From Candidatus Diapherotrites archaeon CG10_big_fil_rev_8_21_14_0_10_31_34 (GTDB lineage Archaea; Iainarchaeota; Iainarchaeia; Iainarchaeales; 1-14-0-10-31-34), in the NCBI GenBank assembly GCA_002763225.1, contig PFAI01000010.1, positions 1 to 16,803 of the forward strand: 16,803 bases of DNA, given 5' to 3'. A model generated the notes under the pieces. That model worked only from the letters and a program-made list of their open reading frames with translations. It had not been told where the DNA came from and ran no database searches. The translations under genes were made by a program, and so were the position numbers. Below are positions 15,883 to 16,803 of this stretch, piece after piece. Each line of letters opens with the position of its first letter. Positions within the stretch are counted from its first letter, which is position 1.

Positions 15883-16803
15883 ATGAATATGTTGTGCCCA
15901 ATAATTAATAATGATTTTGGAAAACTTGTTGAGCGAGTTTTCAACGAGTGTAGAGTTCCTTTCAGGAACTCAAAGTACTCAAACCATGTTTATAGCAACT
16001 TTGTGCATGTGTACTGTTTAGTGTACAAGGAAAGACTAAATGTTTCTTATCGAAGATTTGAACGCATAGCAAAAGACTTGCAGTTAAACAGACTGTTAGC
16101 AGTCAAAAGTGTTCCTCATTTTAGTACTTTGCAAAAGTTTTTGCAAAGAATGCAAAAAGATTTATTCAGAAAACTGGTTAGAGTTTGTCATAAACTTTTA
16201 AAACTCAAAAACTTGCAGTGCTCAATAGATTCAACTGGAATCTCTTTGACTAATCCTTCTGCTCATTATCTTAAAAGAGTTGATTCAGTGAAAGTCAAAA
16301 ACTTCACTAAAACCTCGTTAAATGTAGAAAACAACCATAAAATCATTTTAGACATTCAAACGCATACTGAAAGATGTCACGACACTAAAGACTTTATTCC
16401 TCTGCTGAAAAACTTGTGTTCTGTTTCTTTGGTTTTGGCCGATAAAGCGTATGATTCAACAAAAAACTTGAAATATGTTTTAGAAGAACTTAAAGCTGAA
16501 CCTCAGATTCCAGTTAGACAATGGAAACAACAAAGATACAAATATGGGTTTAAGCCTTTAGTGCATGGAAAACTCAGAAGAAAAATGCTTGAAGAGTTTG
16601 ATGAAAAAAAATATTCTAAAAGAAACATAGTTGAAAGCATCAACTCAGCTTTAAAAAGAACTTTAGGTTCTTGGGTTTGCTCACGCAAACCAAAAAACCA
16701 AGAAAAACAAGTAATAATAAAAGCACTGGCTTACAACTTGGAAATCATAACAGTCAAAGGCTTACTCAAAATAAAAGCATTGTTCCTGTGCTTCCGCACA
16801 GGA
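15883..16803 (+). CDS. IS5-family (DDE_Tnp_1-type) transposase, 3' end beyond the window
   Basis: Open frame of 307 codons from ATG 15883 with no stop: SYRRF, VPHFSTLQKF, IDSTG (D1), HD, LADKAYDS (D2) and YSKRNIVESINSALKR (Y-R-E-K, E). Confidence 0.93.
   Translation, partial: MNMLCPIINNDFGKLVERVFNECRVPFRNSKYSNHVYSNFVHVYCLVYKERLNVSYRRFERIAKDLQLNRLLAVKSVPHFSTLQKFLQRMQKDLFRKLVRVCHKLLKLKNLQCSIDSTGISLTNPSAHYLKRVDSVKVKNFTKTSLNVENNHKIILDIQTHTERCHDTKDFIPLLKNLCSVSLVLADKAYDSTKNLKYVLEELKAEPQIPVRQWKQQRYKYGFKPLVHGKLRRKMLEEFDEKKYSKRNIVESINSALKRTLGSWVCSRKPKNQEKQVIIKALAYNLEIITVKGLLKIKALFLCFRTG

Larger units (their letters stand above)
15805..16803 (+). mobile_element. IS5-like (DDE) insertion sequence, truncated by the window end
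   Basis: Candidate left end GGCGGTGTAGAAA (15805-15817) followed by a transposase ORF; the right end is not in the window. Confidence 0.75.

Noticed and set aside
15762..16688. Minus-strand ORFs 15762..15944 and 16503..16688
   Set aside because: They are antisense to the IS left end and the transposase frame.
85..16803. Genome-wide TAG reassignment
   Set aside because: All other recognised genes translate full-length under the standard code with no internal TAG, so the window alone cannot support it.

Overview
AT-rich window, most likely from a DPANN-type archaeon. The archaeal evidence is a DTD2/DtdA deacylase, an archaeal-type inactive RecA/KaiC-like domain, TATA-like promoters, and Cys-rich lipoproteins and basic ORFans of the kind I associate with DPANN; the exact lineage is inference. 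The left third is a co-oriented cluster of bacterial-type MEP isoprenoid genes (dxr, ispD, ispF, dxs) that directly abuts dtdA. IspD, IspF and DXS all carry unusual active-site substitutions. The middle holds housekeeping and hypothetical genes, then a ~1 kb non-coding region with a dif/loxP-like tyrosine-recombinase core site, two repeated motifs and a local C-rich to G-rich switch. The right part encodes a Cys-rich transglutaminase-like lipoprotein, YdeI-like and YbhB/YbcL proteins, and a tspO gene interrupted by two TAG codons at conserved Trp positions (not in the ORF track). Divergent from tspO is a squalene/phytoene synthase. An IS5-like transposase (also not in the ORF track) runs off the right edge.
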